Shown piece after piece: positions 20,003-31,369 of a stretch of DNA of 64,000 nt. The notes beneath the pieces are model-generated. The model searched no databases, was not told the origin of the DNA, and saw only the letters and a program-made list of their open reading frames with translations. The stretch's first letter is position 1; every line of letters begins with the position of its first letter. The position numbers were made by a program, and so were the translations under genes. The stretch comes from Myxococcota bacterium (GTDB lineage: Bacteria; Myxococcota_A; Bradymonadia; UBA7976; UBA1532): assembly GCA_036337435.1 (NCBI GenBank), contig JAYZEG010000013.1, positions 1 through 64,000 of the forward strand, read 5' to 3'.

Positions 20003-20917
20003 ATCGGCTTTGACCGGCAGCCTGACACAATTTAACTCATACGAAGCCCCATCGCGTTTACATGCCGCCAGTTTGGTTCCACGAAAAGTGTCACCAACTT
20101 TCTTGAAGCTGCCATTACGATGCGCGTCGATGGCTGCTTGAAAGCGGGGAAAGTGCTGCCGAGCCATTTTGGGTGGGATTCCGTAAACTTCCAAATCAGG
20201 ATGGCCAAACTTGGCAAATCCACGGGTAAAAAAAGTTACACCATCGGCCGATTGTTCAATGCCCGGTGTCACCTGATCAGCCAGTTGCTTGTCTCGTGCA
20301 ACCCAATCGTTGAACGCGGACTGTGTATAAGCACGTCTCGTCGAGAAATCGACCACCGCTTGATTTGATCCCTCGGTCAATGAATCGACAAAGCTCAATA
20401 CGAAGTGAATCTGCTCATTATGTGGCAGTGGAGACCCTTTAAACCGCACAAAAACCACTTGCGTTGCCGACACGAGCATCTTCTTCGCATCACCGGCCTG
20501 ACTGGCCAGAGAGTTCAGGTCGAAAGGCAATGATGCCTCAATGGGTCGAGTGACAACCGATATCTCGGTCAACTTTGGAACTGCTTTCCCCCGAGCCCGA
20601 TAGCGAGCGGTAAACTGGCCCAGACGCCGTTTGAGGCGATCTTCATCATCGAGTTCTGACCCGCCAAACAGGGCCATCGTAACCAGCGCCTTTTGCGCTT
20701 GAGCGGCCATTCTCGATTCGATTAATTGCGTCAGTGCCGGCAGGGGTGCAGGTTCTTTTATTGGTGACTGAGATTGCCGGGGTGACCCCGCGCACCCCAT
20801 CGACAGCCAGACCAAGACGACACCCATCCCGGTCAATGTCATCAATGGGCACTTAGTCCTAGAATTTCGAACCCAATATCCATGATTCGAATCTTGAGTG
20901 TCAGCCGCAATCGTCAT
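19973..20917 (-). CDS. Hypothetical putative lipoprotein
   Basis: Hydrophobic stretch plus LSMG-C; C-terminal [20 protein letters not shown] coupling with rnhA. Confidence 0.65.
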   Translation of the reverse strand: MTIAADTQDSNHGYWVRNSRTKCPLMTLTGMGVVLVWLSMGCAGSPRQSQSPIKEPAPLPALTQLIESRMAAQAQKALVTMALFGGSELDDEDRLKRRLGQFTARYRARGKAVPKLTEISVVTRPIEASLPFDLNSLASQAGDAKKMLVSATQVVFVRFKGSPLPHNEQIHFVLSFVDSLTEGSNQAVVDFSTRRAYTQSAFNDWVARDKQLADQVTPGIEQSADGVTFFTRGFAKFGHPDLEVYGIPPKMARQHFPRFQAAIDAHRNGSFKKVGDTFRGTKLAACKRDGASYELNCVRLPVKADSATPKSGAQ

Positions 20918-21363
20918 GCTTCTTCTGCTCCTCCCGTTGGGATTCCTGCCCGGGCTAACTCGTCGGCCCGTTCGTTCATTTCATTGCCGGCATGGCCTTT
21001 GACCCAAGTCCATTTTACCGTCAGTCGCTCGCAAAGCGCGTCGAGTCGTTGCCATAAATCTTCGTTTTTAACTGGGTCACCAGACTTTGTTTGCCATCCA
21101 TTCTTTTTCCAGTTTTTTGACCATTCGGTGATGCCCTTAATCACATATTGACTATCGGTCCTCAAGTGGACATGAACCGGTCTTTGCACGGATTCTAATG
21201 CCTGTATGGCAGCCATTAATTCCATGCGGTTGTTGGTGGTCTTAGGTTCTCCACCGCTGAGCGTTTTCTCGTGGTCTCGCCATTTCAGAACAACCCCCCA
21301 GCCACCAGGCCCTGGATTTCCAGAACAGGCACCATCGGTCCATGCATCAAGTTCGTCAGTCAC
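20914..21363 (-). CDS. rnhA: Ribonuclease HI
   Basis: [46 protein letters not shown] start with GGAGG SD. Confidence 0.97.
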   Translation of the reverse strand: MTDELDAWTDGACSGNPGPGGWGVVLKWRDHEKTLSGGEPKTTNNRMELMAAIQALESVQRPVHVHLRTDSQYVIKGITEWSKNWKKNGWQTKSGDPVKNEDLWQRLDALCERLTVKWTWVKGHAGNEMNERADELARAGIPTGGAEEA

Positions 21364-21503
21364 GCTCAAGCCTCCAAATATCCTCGAAAACGGCATCGAT
21401 CATTGGTTCGTCCGTCTACGACCTGACAACAATACACAAAACATGGCACTATTGAAGTCCGCTGAGTGGATTCGGAACTGTCATGGGGTGATTGGAGATG
21501 TCT

Positions 21504-23576
21504 ATGCATCGGATTGTTTTTGTCGGTCTTTGCATCGTGCTCTCTGCCGCTGGGTGTGGTGAAGACAGCCCAAGCGGGGCGGCAACACCAGTTCAATCAG
21601 ACCGACCAGTGCGGGATGCCGGGACCATCGCAGGCGCCTCATGTACCGACCAAAGCGATTGTCCGCTTGGGCAGGAGTGTATTTTTGGGCAATGTCAAAC
21701 GCCCATGATCCAAGGCGCTTGTCAGCAGGATAGCGATTGTCCATCGGGACAGATTTGTAACGCAGGCGTCTGCCAGATGCAGGGGCAAGTCTGTACCAAT
21801 AACTCGGATTGTGCCATGGGCGAGCAATGTCGTGCTGGTCTTTGCGAACCTGGTCCGTGTCAGCAGGATCGAGATTGTCCTGCGGGCTCTCAATGCCAAG
21901 GAGGTCAATGTGTCAGGGGTGAGCCAGAATGTCGGGCCAATATAGACTGTCCAGCTGGATCAATCTGCACCGATGGGCTTTGCCAAGCAGCCGAGCGCTG
22001 TTCAATGAATTCCGACTGTCCCATGGGTCAGATTTGTGAGAATGAGGCGTGTACCAACAACGCATCTGGCTGCTTGAACGACGCGGAGTGTGGACCTAAT
22101 GCGGACTGTGTCGATGGACGCTGTGTTCGAAGTGGAGCGTGTGCGAATTGCCCCGACAATACCCGCTGCATCAACGATATGTGCGTCCCCATCGAACGGT
22201 GCGCTGGCGATGCGGATTGTCCTGATGGCCAAATGTGCGTGGCCGGTGTTTGTGAGGCCGCGGGAGGCAGGCAGTGCATCGATGATTCCCAGTGTCTCAT
22301 CGGGTTTATGTGCGCCAACGGCAGCTGTGTTGTGTCTATGGACCTTGGCATGCCTTGCGTCAATGACGGCGATTGTCGTGGCAACCGATTGGTCTGCCTG
22401 GCTGGTCTTTGTCTACCGTCCCTCTCCGATGACGAGTGCCAGGTCGATGGAGACTGTCCAGTGGGTTTTGAATGTGAGGCCAATGTGTGTGTTGAACGCG
22501 CTGGTCAGCTGGGCGACCCATGCGCCCGTGACATCGAGTGTGATGGCGCACTCGTCTGCATAAACGGCGTCTGTGGACAAGACAATCAGGGCGGCTGTAA
22601 TAACGATGCTGAATGCGCAGCTGGCGAGGTCTGTGTCGGCCGCCAATGTGTTCCTAACCCAGCTGTCAACTGTATGGACGACCTCGATTGTGGTGGCGAT
22701 CGATGTATCGACGGGGAATGCGTTCTTGCCTGCATCGATGATATGGATTGTCTTTTCGAGCAGGTCTGTCGTGATGGCGGCTGCGTTGAAGGCGAGCGAC
22801 CGATGGAGGCGTCTGCCTGTGATAACCCGAATGTCATTCGCGTCGGTTCCATAGAGCAAGGTCAGACAATGGAGGTCGAATCGACCCTCCAGCCAACTTG
22901 CGGCTCAGCTGTCAGTGGGCCCGAGGCCGTTTTTCTCTTCCAAGCACAGAGAGATAGCACCTTTTGCGCAACGACCGCTGGGTCTGACTATGACACGGTT
23001 TTGCATGTTCGAGAGCGTGATTGCCTAGACGTAGGTCAAGAGCTTGAGTGTAATGATGATGACTTCTCGGGGATAGCTGACCGGCCCGATTCAACTATCC
23101 AGTTCGTTGCGACCGCCGCGCAGCGCTACTATTTGGTCGTCGATGCCTATGACTCAGACGAGTTTGGGCAGTTTACGTTGGACCTTCGAGAAGGGCCATG
23201 TGGTGCTGTGCCGTGTAATGCCGATCGTGACATCAATTTAGGGGATACTTTGGTCGGGCAGCTCGTGGGTGAATCGGAACAAGAAGGCACTTGCGGTGGC
23301 GATGGCCCAGAACTCATTTATTCATTCTCGACAGCGAGGGCTGGGACTGTCTGTATCAGTACGGCTGAGTCAGCAATAGACACAGTCCTCTACGTCCGAA
23401 GACAAGACTGCGGATGGGGTCCGCAAGTGGTATGTGACGATGATGACGGCCCAAGGAACACATCTGAAATCAGCTTCGAACCCGAGGTGAATCAGTCTTA
23501 CTTCATTTTTGTCGACGCCTACAATGAGGCTGGTGGTGCCATCAGTGTTTCCGTCCAACCTGGCGAGTGTCCATAG
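21504..23576 (+). CDS. Cys-rich repeat lipoprotein with two C-terminal PPC-like beta-sandwich domains
   Basis: Lipobox AAG-C; about 16 repeats of C-x2-D-x-D-C-x-x-G-x2-C-x2-G-x-C; two DTVL.VR..C...C(N/D)DD modules. Confidence 0.8.
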   Translation: MHRIVFVGLCIVLSAAGCGEDSPSGAATPVQSDRPVRDAGTIAGASCTDQSDCPLGQECIFGQCQTPMIQGACQQDSDCPSGQICNAGVCQMQGQVCTNNSDCAMGEQCRAGLCEPGPCQQDRDCPAGSQCQGGQCVRGEPECRANIDCPAGSICTDGLCQAAERCSMNSDCPMGQICENEACTNNASGCLNDAECGPNADCVDGRCVRSGACANCPDNTRCINDMCVPIERCAGDADCPDGQMCVAGVCEAAGGRQCIDDSQCLIGFMCANGSCVVSMDLGMPCVNDGDCRGNRLVCLAGLCLPSLSDDECQVDGDCPVGFECEANVCVERAGQLGDPCARDIECDGALVCINGVCGQDNQGGCNNDAECAAGEVCVGRQCVPNPAVNCMDDLDCGGDRCIDGECVLACIDDMDCLFEQVCRDGGCVEGERPMEASACDNPNVIRVGSIEQGQTMEVESTLQPTCGSAVSGPEAVFLFQAQRDSTFCATTAGSDYDTVLHVRERDCLDVGQELECNDDDFSGIADRPDSTIQFVATAAQRYYLVVDAYDSDEFGQFTLDLREGPCGAVPCNADRDINLGDTLVGQLVGESEQEGTCGGDGPELIYSFSTARAGTVCISTAESAIDTVLYVRRQDCGWGPQVVCDDDDGPRNTSEISFEPEVNQSYFIFVDAYNEAGGAISVSVQPGECP

Positions 23577-23686
23577 CGAGTCGAAAACTCGTTCACTTAG
23601 GATAGAGCATCAATGGCATCGCCAGCTAGACCGACACTGATGTTCGGATTATACTCGGCGTCGACGTAGCGTTTAAGGGGAGATGA

Positions 23687-26600
23687 ATGCGTCAGTGTAA
23701 CCGCTCATTAGTCATCATGGTCATGGTTCTCTGCGGGTGCGGCTCCGAGACGCCCAGCGGATCTTTGACTGATTCACCTGCAGCAGATGCGACCAATCCA
23801 GCTGCCGATGGTCAGAGTCAAGACGCAATGTTAATTGACGATGCATCCGATGGGTTTACGTCCGTTGATTCAGCCCGAGACGCCGATGCAGTGATGGCAG
23901 ACGCAGACACGGTTGCCGATGCAACGCAAGGCCCGGTCGATTCGGGTGGGCTGGATGCAGCCCGTCCAGGTGACGCAGGGGTTGTCGATGACGCGAGGGT
24001 AATCGATGACGGAGCGGTCGTCGATGACGGAGCGGTCGTCGATGACGGAGCGGTCGTCGATGACGGAGCGGTCGTCGATGACGCAGGGGTTGTCGATGAC
24101 GCAGCGGTAATCGATGACGCGGCGGTAATCGATGACGCGTCGGTAATCGATGACGGAGCGGTGACGGGCGATGCGGATACAGAGCAGGACATGGCGCGTG
24201 TTTTGGATGCAGCACCCATTGGCGATGCTGAGGCCGGCCCAGGGGACATGAGTCCACCAGACGCCGGTCCCAATGACGCGGCCATCCAGCCGGTCGATAT
24301 GGCCCAGGCTCAATGTCCGGAGACGCCCTGTGCCTTCGGTCTGATTTGTAACGAAGGTCGATGCATCCAACCGGAACCGGAGTGTCAATTACCGACAGAT
24401 TGTCCGGGCCGAGGTGCCTGTTTCATGGGTGTGTGCCAGGCGCCATCATGCGAGGATGGGATCGCCAATAGGGATGAAACCGATGTGGATTGTGGCGGCA
24501 GTTGTCAGGCGTGTGCGATCGGTTTGGCGTGCCTGATCGGTGAAGACTGCGCGGCTCGTGTCTGTGACGTAGAGAGTCTGACATGCCAAGCACCTCGCTG
24601 CGATGATGGCGTCCCAAACGGGTCAGAGGTTGATGTCGATTGCGGTGGTCAGTGCGAGCCATGTGCCGAGGGGGCTCATTGTGCCGACGGTGCTGATTGT
24701 TTATCGAGAGTTTGCCGTGAGGGCCACTGTGCTGAAGCCGATTGCGCAGACGGTGTCCGAAATGGAGATGAAACTGATCTTGATTGCGGGGGGGACTGTC
24801 CGCCTTGCGATGATGGGGCAGCGTGCCTCGACAATGATGATTGCGCCAATGGAAACTGTCTAGCTGGGGCCTGTCAGCCAGCGGCTTGCGGTGATGCCGT
24901 ACAAAATGGCCAGGAAACAGACCTAGATTGTGGAGGTCCGGCTTGTGCGGGGTGTGCAGCAGATGCTCGTTGTCTTGAGGCACGGGATTGTGCGAGTCAG
25001 GTCTGCGCGGACGGTCGCTGTCGAGAGGCTGCCTGCGATGATGAGGTTTTTAATGGTGACGAAGTCGATGTCGACTGTGGTGGCGGATGCCAACTTTGCC
25101 GTGATGGACAAAGATGCGAGCGGGCCCAGCATTGTGTAAGCCGCGTTTGCCTCGGCAACATTTGCCAGGAACCTCGATGTGATGATGGTGCTCAGAATGG
25201 GGCGGAGACCGATGCCGATTGTGGCGGTGATTGTGCGCCGTGTCAGGTCGGACTCAATTGTCAGGCGGCGGTAGATTGTCTATCCCAAGTTTGTTCCGGC
25301 AACCGGTGTCAGGCACCCAGATGTGATGATGATGTCGCCAATGGCCAGGAAACGGACCAGGACTGTGGTGGGCCATGCGAGCCATGTAACCCCGGGCAGC
25401 AGTGTTTATTGGGTGGGGACTGCGACAGCGATGTCTGTACGAATGGACTCTGTGCCGAAGCCAGCTGCGATGATGGTGTTCAAAATGGTGACGAGACCGA
25501 CCTCGACTGCGGTGGCTCATGCACCGCTTGTGCAGATGGTCTCCGTTGCGGACTCGGAACCGATTGTGAGAGTCGTGTCTGTGAGGGTCTTTCATGTGCT
25601 GTCCCGCGGTGCGATGATGGTGTTCAAAATGGGGATGAGACCGACCTCGATTGTGGCGGGCCGTGCTCCAGTTGTGCCATCGGCCAGGCTTGTCTCATTG
25701 CCGATGATTGCGTCAGCGGCTTGTGTACTGACGGTGTTTGCCCCGAACCAAGCTGCGATGATGGTGTCTTGAATGGAGACGAAATCGGTGTCGATTGCGG
25801 TTCCGAATGCGCCAGCTGTAGCTGTGTCGGCGACTCTGTCATCGACGTAATCGCTGCAGGCGACTACGTCACCAGTACCGTCGGTCGACCGAGCTTCGAG
25901 ACCGCAGGGTGTGCACAAACCGCTGGGGCGTCGGAAGCCGTATTTCGGTTTGTTCCGGGTGAAGACGGGGTGTTCTGTGCTGACGCGGCCGGCACACAAT
26001 TCGATAGCGTGGTGTATGTGCGTACCGACTGCAGTGACCCCACCAGCGAGATTGCTTGCAATGATTCACCGGACTATCCTCGAATCCAGGATGGCCAAGC
26101 CCAATTTGTGGCGACCAGCAACGAGCCCATTTATATCTTCGTTGACGCATACAGTGGGGCATTTACAGACCGACCCGATCAGGGTGATGTGGCCCTTACC
26201 ATTTCCAGTGGCCGGTGCGACGGTGCGCCTATTTGCCAAGGGGGACAAGATTGCGGACCCAATCAACGGTGTGACAGGGGGCTCTGTGTTGATGAGCCTA
26301 TACCCTGCGAAGGGTTTGGTGATTGTCCTTTCGACCGTCGATGTGACAGCGGAGTCTGTGTGGCTATCGGCGCTTTCTCATGCAACACCGATGAAGTCTG
26401 TGGTGCGAATAGACGCTGTGTCAACGCAGCCTGCGAAGATCCACCGCCAACGGGCAGTTGTTTACCGGAGCGGATTGTCGACCTCGGTGGCGTCGGTGTG
26501 TACAACGGGACAACGGTTGACGCGCCAGCCACCCATTCTGCAACCTGCCATGACAGTCAATTATCGTCGGAGGTTGTCCACCGTTTTCGCGCAGCCCAGC

Positions 26601-29600
26601 CCGGTCAGCATTGTGCACAAACCTTCGGGTCTGATTTTGATACCATCGCGTATGCGAGATTCAACTGCCAGCAGCCGTTCTCAGAGACTGGATGCAATAA
26701 TAACTCGCCGCTCGGTGGCCCCAGTTCCCAATTCAGTTTCTTTGCTGCCGTCGATCAAGACACCTTCGTGGTCGTCGATGGAAATGATGATGATGGCCCT
26801 GTGAGTGGTGCGTACACCTTGACGATCTCAGAGGGTGATTGTCCGGAATGTCGTGGCAATGAAGATTGCGGAGCAGGACGCATTTGCCGTGACAGTATCT
26901 GTGCCTTTGCGCCTGAAGAAAACACCGTGATCTTCAGTGAACTGAGCTTCGGTGATGCCAACGAAGGGTATCTCGAACTGTACAATCCATCAGCATTTCC
27001 CGTTGAGCTGACCGCCTGCACGATCCGTGTAGCAGGGCAGCAGACTCAGCTGGGTCAATTGCTCATCCAAGCGGGTGAATATTCGGTTTTGGGAGCGGGT
27101 GGTGTTCAAGCCGTTGGCGGACTCGCAGATGCCGGTAACGTGACATTGGAATTGCGGTGTAATGATGTTGTCATTCATCAGTTAGATACATCGACGCCCG
27201 GGTGGCCGCAGGGGTTCGACAGACTCGCATTGAGTGGGGATGTGACCACGGTGGCTCTCAGTCAGAATCCACGGGCTTGGTGTACTGGTCTCGAGCGGAC
27301 CCCCGGTGGCGTCAATCCAAATTGCGATCGATGTGCCATACAGCCATGTGAGGCAGATGACGAAACGGTTTGTCAAGGAGACCGCCAAGTTACGTCCGCG
27401 ACGGTCTGTAGCGTGGTTCTAGGTCAACTCGACAATCGGTGTGAGGAAGAGATCACCCAAGTGGTCTGTCCGGGTGGGTTGTGCCTGGAAGGTCGATGTG
27501 TGCGGCGTGCGGGCGTCGGTGATCTCGTGATCTCAGAGATGATGGTTGACCCCATCGGTTCGACAGATGTGGACGGCGAATGGATCGAAATTCACAATCC
27601 CACCCCAGATCAATTATCTCTTGAGACCTGTTCGCTGAACAATGGCCGATTTACCTCACCATTGGGCGATAGACTCTTGGGTCCGGGTGGTTATGTGACC
27701 TATGCGAGAAATGCCAACATGGATTTAAATGGGGGTGTTTCGGTCGCCGGAACCGTCTCGTTTGCGCTTTCCAATGATGGCGAACAAATCGACATCGTTT
27801 GTTCGGATCGTGTCGTCGACACACTCAATTATACCCACTTTGATCGTCAGCCCGGGTACAGCCTAAGTCTGTCACCGACTCGGCTCTCAAGCGAGTTGAA
27901 TGACCAAGGGGAGGCATGGTGTCTTGGGCAAGCCGTCTATGGTAATGGACCCGACCGGGGCAGCCCGGGTGTGGAGAACCCTGTCTGCCAACCATGTCAG
28001 CCCAATCCATGTACAACTCCGCCAGAGAATGTCTGCGATGGACAGACAGCACGGGTCTTTTCTGACATCGGTCAATGCGCTGTCGTCGATGAGCGGGCAA
28101 CATGTCAATACGAGTCTGAGCCAGTTGATTGTCAGGCAGGCACTCAATGTCGTGATGGTGCCTGTGTGCCTGTTGAACTGCCGTGTGATCCGGACCCCTG
28201 TCCGATCGGGACGATTTGTAATCCGCTGACACAAGGGTGTGATCCGGCACCTGCTGTGGGGACCTGCGCTCAACCAATTGTGATCAACTGGTCGCCTGCA
28301 ACAGACGATGTTGTTACGTACACAGGGTCTACCTTGGGAGCAAATTCGAATGTTGACGGCGCGACTTGTGGTGATGGGGCCATTGGGCCAGACTCTGTTT
28401 ATCAGCTCACTCTGCCTCAAGCCGGCATCTTCTGTGTGAGTACGGATGGCGGTGATGAGCGGTTCGATCCCATGTTGCACATCCGAACCGACTGCGCTGA
28501 CCCCATCACAGAGCTGGAACCTCCAGCCGGTTTTGGCTGTAACGACGATATCGGAGATTGGGACGGAGACGGTGAATGCGACCTAGCCGGTGACGCCTGT
28601 CGGACGGCGGCAGAAATGCAAATCAACGGTGCGGCCGATGAATCTTATTATATCATCGTCGACAATCGCGTCGCAGAGACCGCATCTAATTATACCCTCA
28701 GCTTGTTACCAGGCCCGTGTCCGTCCGCACCGGCGGCCATCGAATGTATCGCGGACGAGAACTGCGAACAGGGCGAAATTTGCAGAGAGGGTGCGTGTCA
28801 GCAACCGCCCGCACCCGATGCGGCATGCCAGCCCGATTTGATCGTACAATTGGACGGACCTGGGCGCTACACCGGGCGGACAGAAGGGCGACCCTTCGGA
28901 TTGGATGCGACGTGTTCGGACACGGGTGATAAGCCAGAAATTGTCCACCGCGTTCAATTTGATTCAGATACCCCTGTTTGTGTGAGCACCCAAGGGTCAA
29001 ACTTTGACACGGTCCTCTCGGTGCGTCGCACGTGCGAAAATCAAGAAATTGCCTGCAATGATGACTTGGCGGAACCAACCATCGTTCAGTCGAAGCTTGA
29101 ATTCAATGCGACGGCGGGCACTGACTACTACGTAATTGTCGATGGCTGGAATCTGGCAGCACCCGGCTTTGGAGACTATGTTTTAACCATCGTGGAAGGC
29201 CGCTGTGCTGATGCGCCAGGTCTTTGTGAACAAGACGGCACATGCCCTGGTACATGCCGCGATCCAATCGTGATTCGGACAGAAGGGGAATGGGAGGTCG
29301 ACACCAGCAACGCGGCTGCGGCCATCGACCAGGCATCATGCACGAATACTGTGGGTCCAGAGGCTGTTTTTTCGTTACAACTCGAGCATCAAGGGGCCGT
29401 CTGCTTGACGACATTTGGAACAGACGAGAGCTACGATACCGCCATTTCGTTGAGGAATACTTGTGCCGATACCAATTCCGAGATCGCCTGTAATGACGAT
29501 GGGACCGACAATGGCGTATTCTCGCAGGTTGAGTTGCTTCTCGATGCTGACAGCGAGCCCTTTGTCATCGTCGATAGTCTTGCCAACGGCGGCACCTTTT

Positions 29601-31369
29601 TGCTGACCGTGTCCGAAGAGCAATGTCCCAATTGCTATGTTGACCTCGATTGTCCAGAGGGGTGGTTATGCCGCGATGGCCGGTGCTTAGAATGTGTTGT
29701 CAACGCTGATTGTGATGGAGGTCTTCTCTGTTCCGATGAGCGCTGCGTCTTCCCGCCTTGCCTAAACGACAACGATTGTCTAGACGGCTCCATTTGCGTC
29801 GGCGAACTGTGCATTCCCGGCGAGCGTGGGTCTTGTGACGTAGATGAGATTATTGCGCTCGGTGGTCTCGGGGTCACCGAAGGCACAACCGTCGGCGCGA
29901 GAGCAACTCTGAGTGCGGGCTGCGCCCAGACACAAGCATCGCCCGAAGTGGTCCATGACCTGACCTTTGAGCAAGCGCAAACCGTTTGCATCAGCACGGA
30001 GGGGTCTGCTTTTGATACGGTGGTCTACGCACGCTCAGACTGTTCGTCTGATCGGTCTCAAGTCAAGTGCGATGATGATGGTGTCGCTGGCCCCGGATTG
30101 GCATCCCAGTTCACGCTTAATGCGCTCGCTAATGTCTCTTATTCCATCGTTGTTGATGGCAAAGACGGGGTGGGTGGCGTCGCGACGGAGGGTGCATATC
30201 GTTTGGCCGTCCAAGCAGGACCGTGTCCTCAGTGTGAAGTGGATGGTGACTGCGCCAATGGTCGTTTCTGTGCGAACACCCTTTGCGTAGAATGTCGAGA
30301 TGACAACGATTGTGATGGGGCTGCGACGTGTGAGGACACCCGCTGTGTTGAAGCCGCTCAAGTGTGTAACGCTGAGACCCCCTGTCCTGCAGACGACAAC
30401 TTTTTTGGAACCGTTGGCCAAGATTGTGATTTCGAACTTGGCGGTGCCGATGAGGGGATTTGCGTTGAGCGAGGCATGTGCCGAGACCCGATTCCAATTC
30501 AAATCGGCGATGTGATCGATGGCGATAATATCGGACGGGCTGCGCTCTATCGAGGCACCTGCGGCGGTCGTGGTGTCGGCGCGGAAGTCATCTATACTTT
30601 CGAGGCACCCGCTGATGGGATCGCCTGCTTCACAGTCGTCCAAGCGGATTACGATGTCGCCATCTACTTGAAGGACATCTGTTCGACCAACCCCGCGATT
30701 TTCTCCTCCGGTTTCTTGGAATGCGAAGACACGGCTGGCAATGAGCAAGCAGCCAATCGTAATGATCGATTTGGATATGTTTTGACCGCGGGTGAGCGCT
30801 ATTACTTCGTTGTCGACTCAAATTCCGTTGATGATGTCGGCGAGTTTACTATTTTCACTCACTACGGCCAGTGCGGTGCTGTGCCAGCACCTCAGTGTGA
30901 TACGGATATCGATTGCGCACTCGGCCAGGTGTGTACCGAGCAAAGTCAATGTGTCTCTCGAATTGGCACCTGTGATGACCCCACTGAAATCACGGCCTTT
31001 GGGCGCTATATTGTGACCACCTCAACGGCACGCAACCAGTTGGAACCAGCGGGAGCGGGCTGTGATGTATGCGCAAACCCAGGTGGTGGACGGTGTGGCG
31101 ACGCCGTCTATCACTACCGGTCGGATGCCAATCGGGTGGTCTGCGTGTCAACAGAGGGCTCCAATTACGATACGGTTCTTTATGCTCACGTGGGTCAGTG
31201 TGGCCAGGCTGGTGCCGAAATTGCCTGCTCCGATGATGTACCCGATGGACGACCCCATTCCCAGTTACAGCTCAACGTACAGGCCGGCGTAGACTATTAT
31301 TTTGTCGCCGATGCTTGGAGTAATGCTGGTCGATTAGAATTGTCGGTAACAGACGGTGCCTGCCCCTAA
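23687..31369 (+). CDS. Giant 2560-aa Cys-rich surface lipoprotein with 10 ETDxDCGG repeats, 2 lamin-tail-like domains and about 8 PPC-like domains
   Basis: Lipobox LCG-C, GGGGAG SD; repeats such as [20 protein letters not shown]-like [18 protein letters not shown]; recurring FDTV.Y.R..C...IACNDD. Confidence 0.85.
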   Translation: MRQCNRSLVIMVMVLCGCGSETPSGSLTDSPAADATNPAADGQSQDAMLIDDASDGFTSVDSARDADAVMADADTVADATQGPVDSGGLDAARPGDAGVVDDARVIDDGAVVDDGAVVDDGAVVDDGAVVDDAGVVDDAAVIDDAAVIDDASVIDDGAVTGDADTEQDMARVLDAAPIGDAEAGPGDMSPPDAGPNDAAIQPVDMAQAQCPETPCAFGLICNEGRCIQPEPECQLPTDCPGRGACFMGVCQAPSCEDGIANRDETDVDCGGSCQACAIGLACLIGEDCAARVCDVESLTCQAPRCDDGVPNGSEVDVDCGGQCEPCAEGAHCADGADCLSRVCREGHCAEADCADGVRNGDETDLDCGGDCPPCDDGAACLDNDDCANGNCLAGACQPAACGDAVQNGQETDLDCGGPACAGCAADARCLEARDCASQVCADGRCREAACDDEVFNGDEVDVDCGGGCQLCRDGQRCERAQHCVSRVCLGNICQEPRCDDGAQNGAETDADCGGDCAPCQVGLNCQAAVDCLSQVCSGNRCQAPRCDDDVANGQETDQDCGGPCEPCNPGQQCLLGGDCDSDVCTNGLCAEASCDDGVQNGDETDLDCGGSCTACADGLRCGLGTDCESRVCEGLSCAVPRCDDGVQNGDETDLDCGGPCSSCAIGQACLIADDCVSGLCTDGVCPEPSCDDGVLNGDEIGVDCGSECASCSCVGDSVIDVIAAGDYVTSTVGRPSFETAGCAQTAGASEAVFRFVPGEDGVFCADAAGTQFDSVVYVRTDCSDPTSEIACNDSPDYPRIQDGQAQFVATSNEPIYIFVDAYSGAFTDRPDQGDVALTISSGRCDGAPICQGGQDCGPNQRCDRGLCVDEPIPCEGFGDCPFDRRCDSGVCVAIGAFSCNTDEVCGANRRCVNAACEDPPPTGSCLPERIVDLGGVGVYNGTTVDAPATHSATCHDSQLSSEVVHRFRAAQPGQHCAQTFGSDFDTIAYARFNCQQPFSETGCNNNSPLGGPSSQFSFFAAVDQDTFVVVDGNDDDGPVSGAYTLTISEGDCPECRGNEDCGAGRICRDSICAFAPEENTVIFSELSFGDANEGYLELYNPSAFPVELTACTIRVAGQQTQLGQLLIQAGEYSVLGAGGVQAVGGLADAGNVTLELRCNDVVIHQLDTSTPGWPQGFDRLALSGDVTTVALSQNPRAWCTGLERTPGGVNPNCDRCAIQPCEADDETVCQGDRQVTSATVCSVVLGQLDNRCEEEITQVVCPGGLCLEGRCVRRAGVGDLVISEMMVDPIGSTDVDGEWIEIHNPTPDQLSLETCSLNNGRFTSPLGDRLLGPGGYVTYARNANMDLNGGVSVAGTVSFALSNDGEQIDIVCSDRVVDTLNYTHFDRQPGYSLSLSPTRLSSELNDQGEAWCLGQAVYGNGPDRGSPGVENPVCQPCQPNPCTTPPENVCDGQTARVFSDIGQCAVVDERATCQYESEPVDCQAGTQCRDGACVPVELPCDPDPCPIGTICNPLTQGCDPAPAVGTCAQPIVINWSPATDDVVTYTGSTLGANSNVDGATCGDGAIGPDSVYQLTLPQAGIFCVSTDGGDERFDPMLHIRTDCADPITELEPPAGFGCNDDIGDWDGDGECDLAGDACRTAAEMQINGAADESYYIIVDNRVAETASNYTLSLLPGPCPSAPAAIECIADENCEQGEICREGACQQPPAPDAACQPDLIVQLDGPGRYTGRTEGRPFGLDATCSDTGDKPEIVHRVQFDSDTPVCVSTQGSNFDTVLSVRRTCENQEIACNDDLAEPTIVQSKLEFNATAGTDYYVIVDGWNLAAPGFGDYVLTIVEGRCADAPGLCEQDGTCPGTCRDPIVIRTEGEWEVDTSNAAAAIDQASCTNTVGPEAVFSLQLEHQGAVCLTTFGTDESYDTAISLRNTCADTNSEIACNDDGTDNGVFSQVELLLDADSEPFVIVDSLANGGTFLLTVSEEQCPNCYVDLDCPEGWLCRDGRCLECVVNADCDGGLLCSDERCVFPPCLNDNDCLDGSICVGELCIPGERGSCDVDEIIALGGLGVTEGTTVGARATLSAGCAQTQASPEVVHDLTFEQAQTVCISTEGSAFDTVVYARSDCSSDRSQVKCDDDGVAGPGLASQFTLNALANVSYSIVVDGKDGVGGVATEGAYRLAVQAGPCPQCEVDGDCANGRFCANTLCVECRDDNDCDGAATCEDTRCVEAAQVCNAETPCPADDNFFGTVGQDCDFELGGADEGICVERGMCRDPIPIQIGDVIDGDNIGRAALYRGTCGGRGVGAEVIYTFEAPADGIACFTVVQADYDVAIYLKDICSTNPAIFSSGFLECEDTAGNEQAANRNDRFGYVLTAGERYYFVVDSNSVDDVGEFTIFTHYGQCGAVPAPQCDTDIDCALGQVCTEQSQCVSRIGTCDDPTEITAFGRYIVTTSTARNQLEPAGAGCDVCANPGGGRCGDAVYHYRSDANRVVCVSTEGSNYDTVLYAHVGQCGQAGAEIACSDDVPDGRPHSQLQLNVQAGVDYYFVADAWSNAGRLELSVTDGACP
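23984..24163 (+). repeat. In-frame 18-bp tandem repeat, 10 copies, encoding (V/I)DD(G/A)xV
   Basis: Unit (G/A)TCGATGACG(G/C)NNNNGTN; copies at 24020, 24038 and 24056 are identical (GTCGATGACGGAGCGGTC). Confidence 0.9.

Noticed and set aside
23984..24163. Possible CRISPR array
   Set aside because: The 18-bp units are contiguous with no spacers, lie in frame inside a CDS, and no cas genes are present.
25911..26804. 297-aa alternative-frame ORF inside the giant lipoprotein
   Set aside because: No motif or SD; explained by codon bias of the main frame.
31366..31369. 4-bp convergent stop overlaps (also 39533-39536 and 59443-59446)
   Set aside because: Common in compact bacterial genomes; no special function supported.
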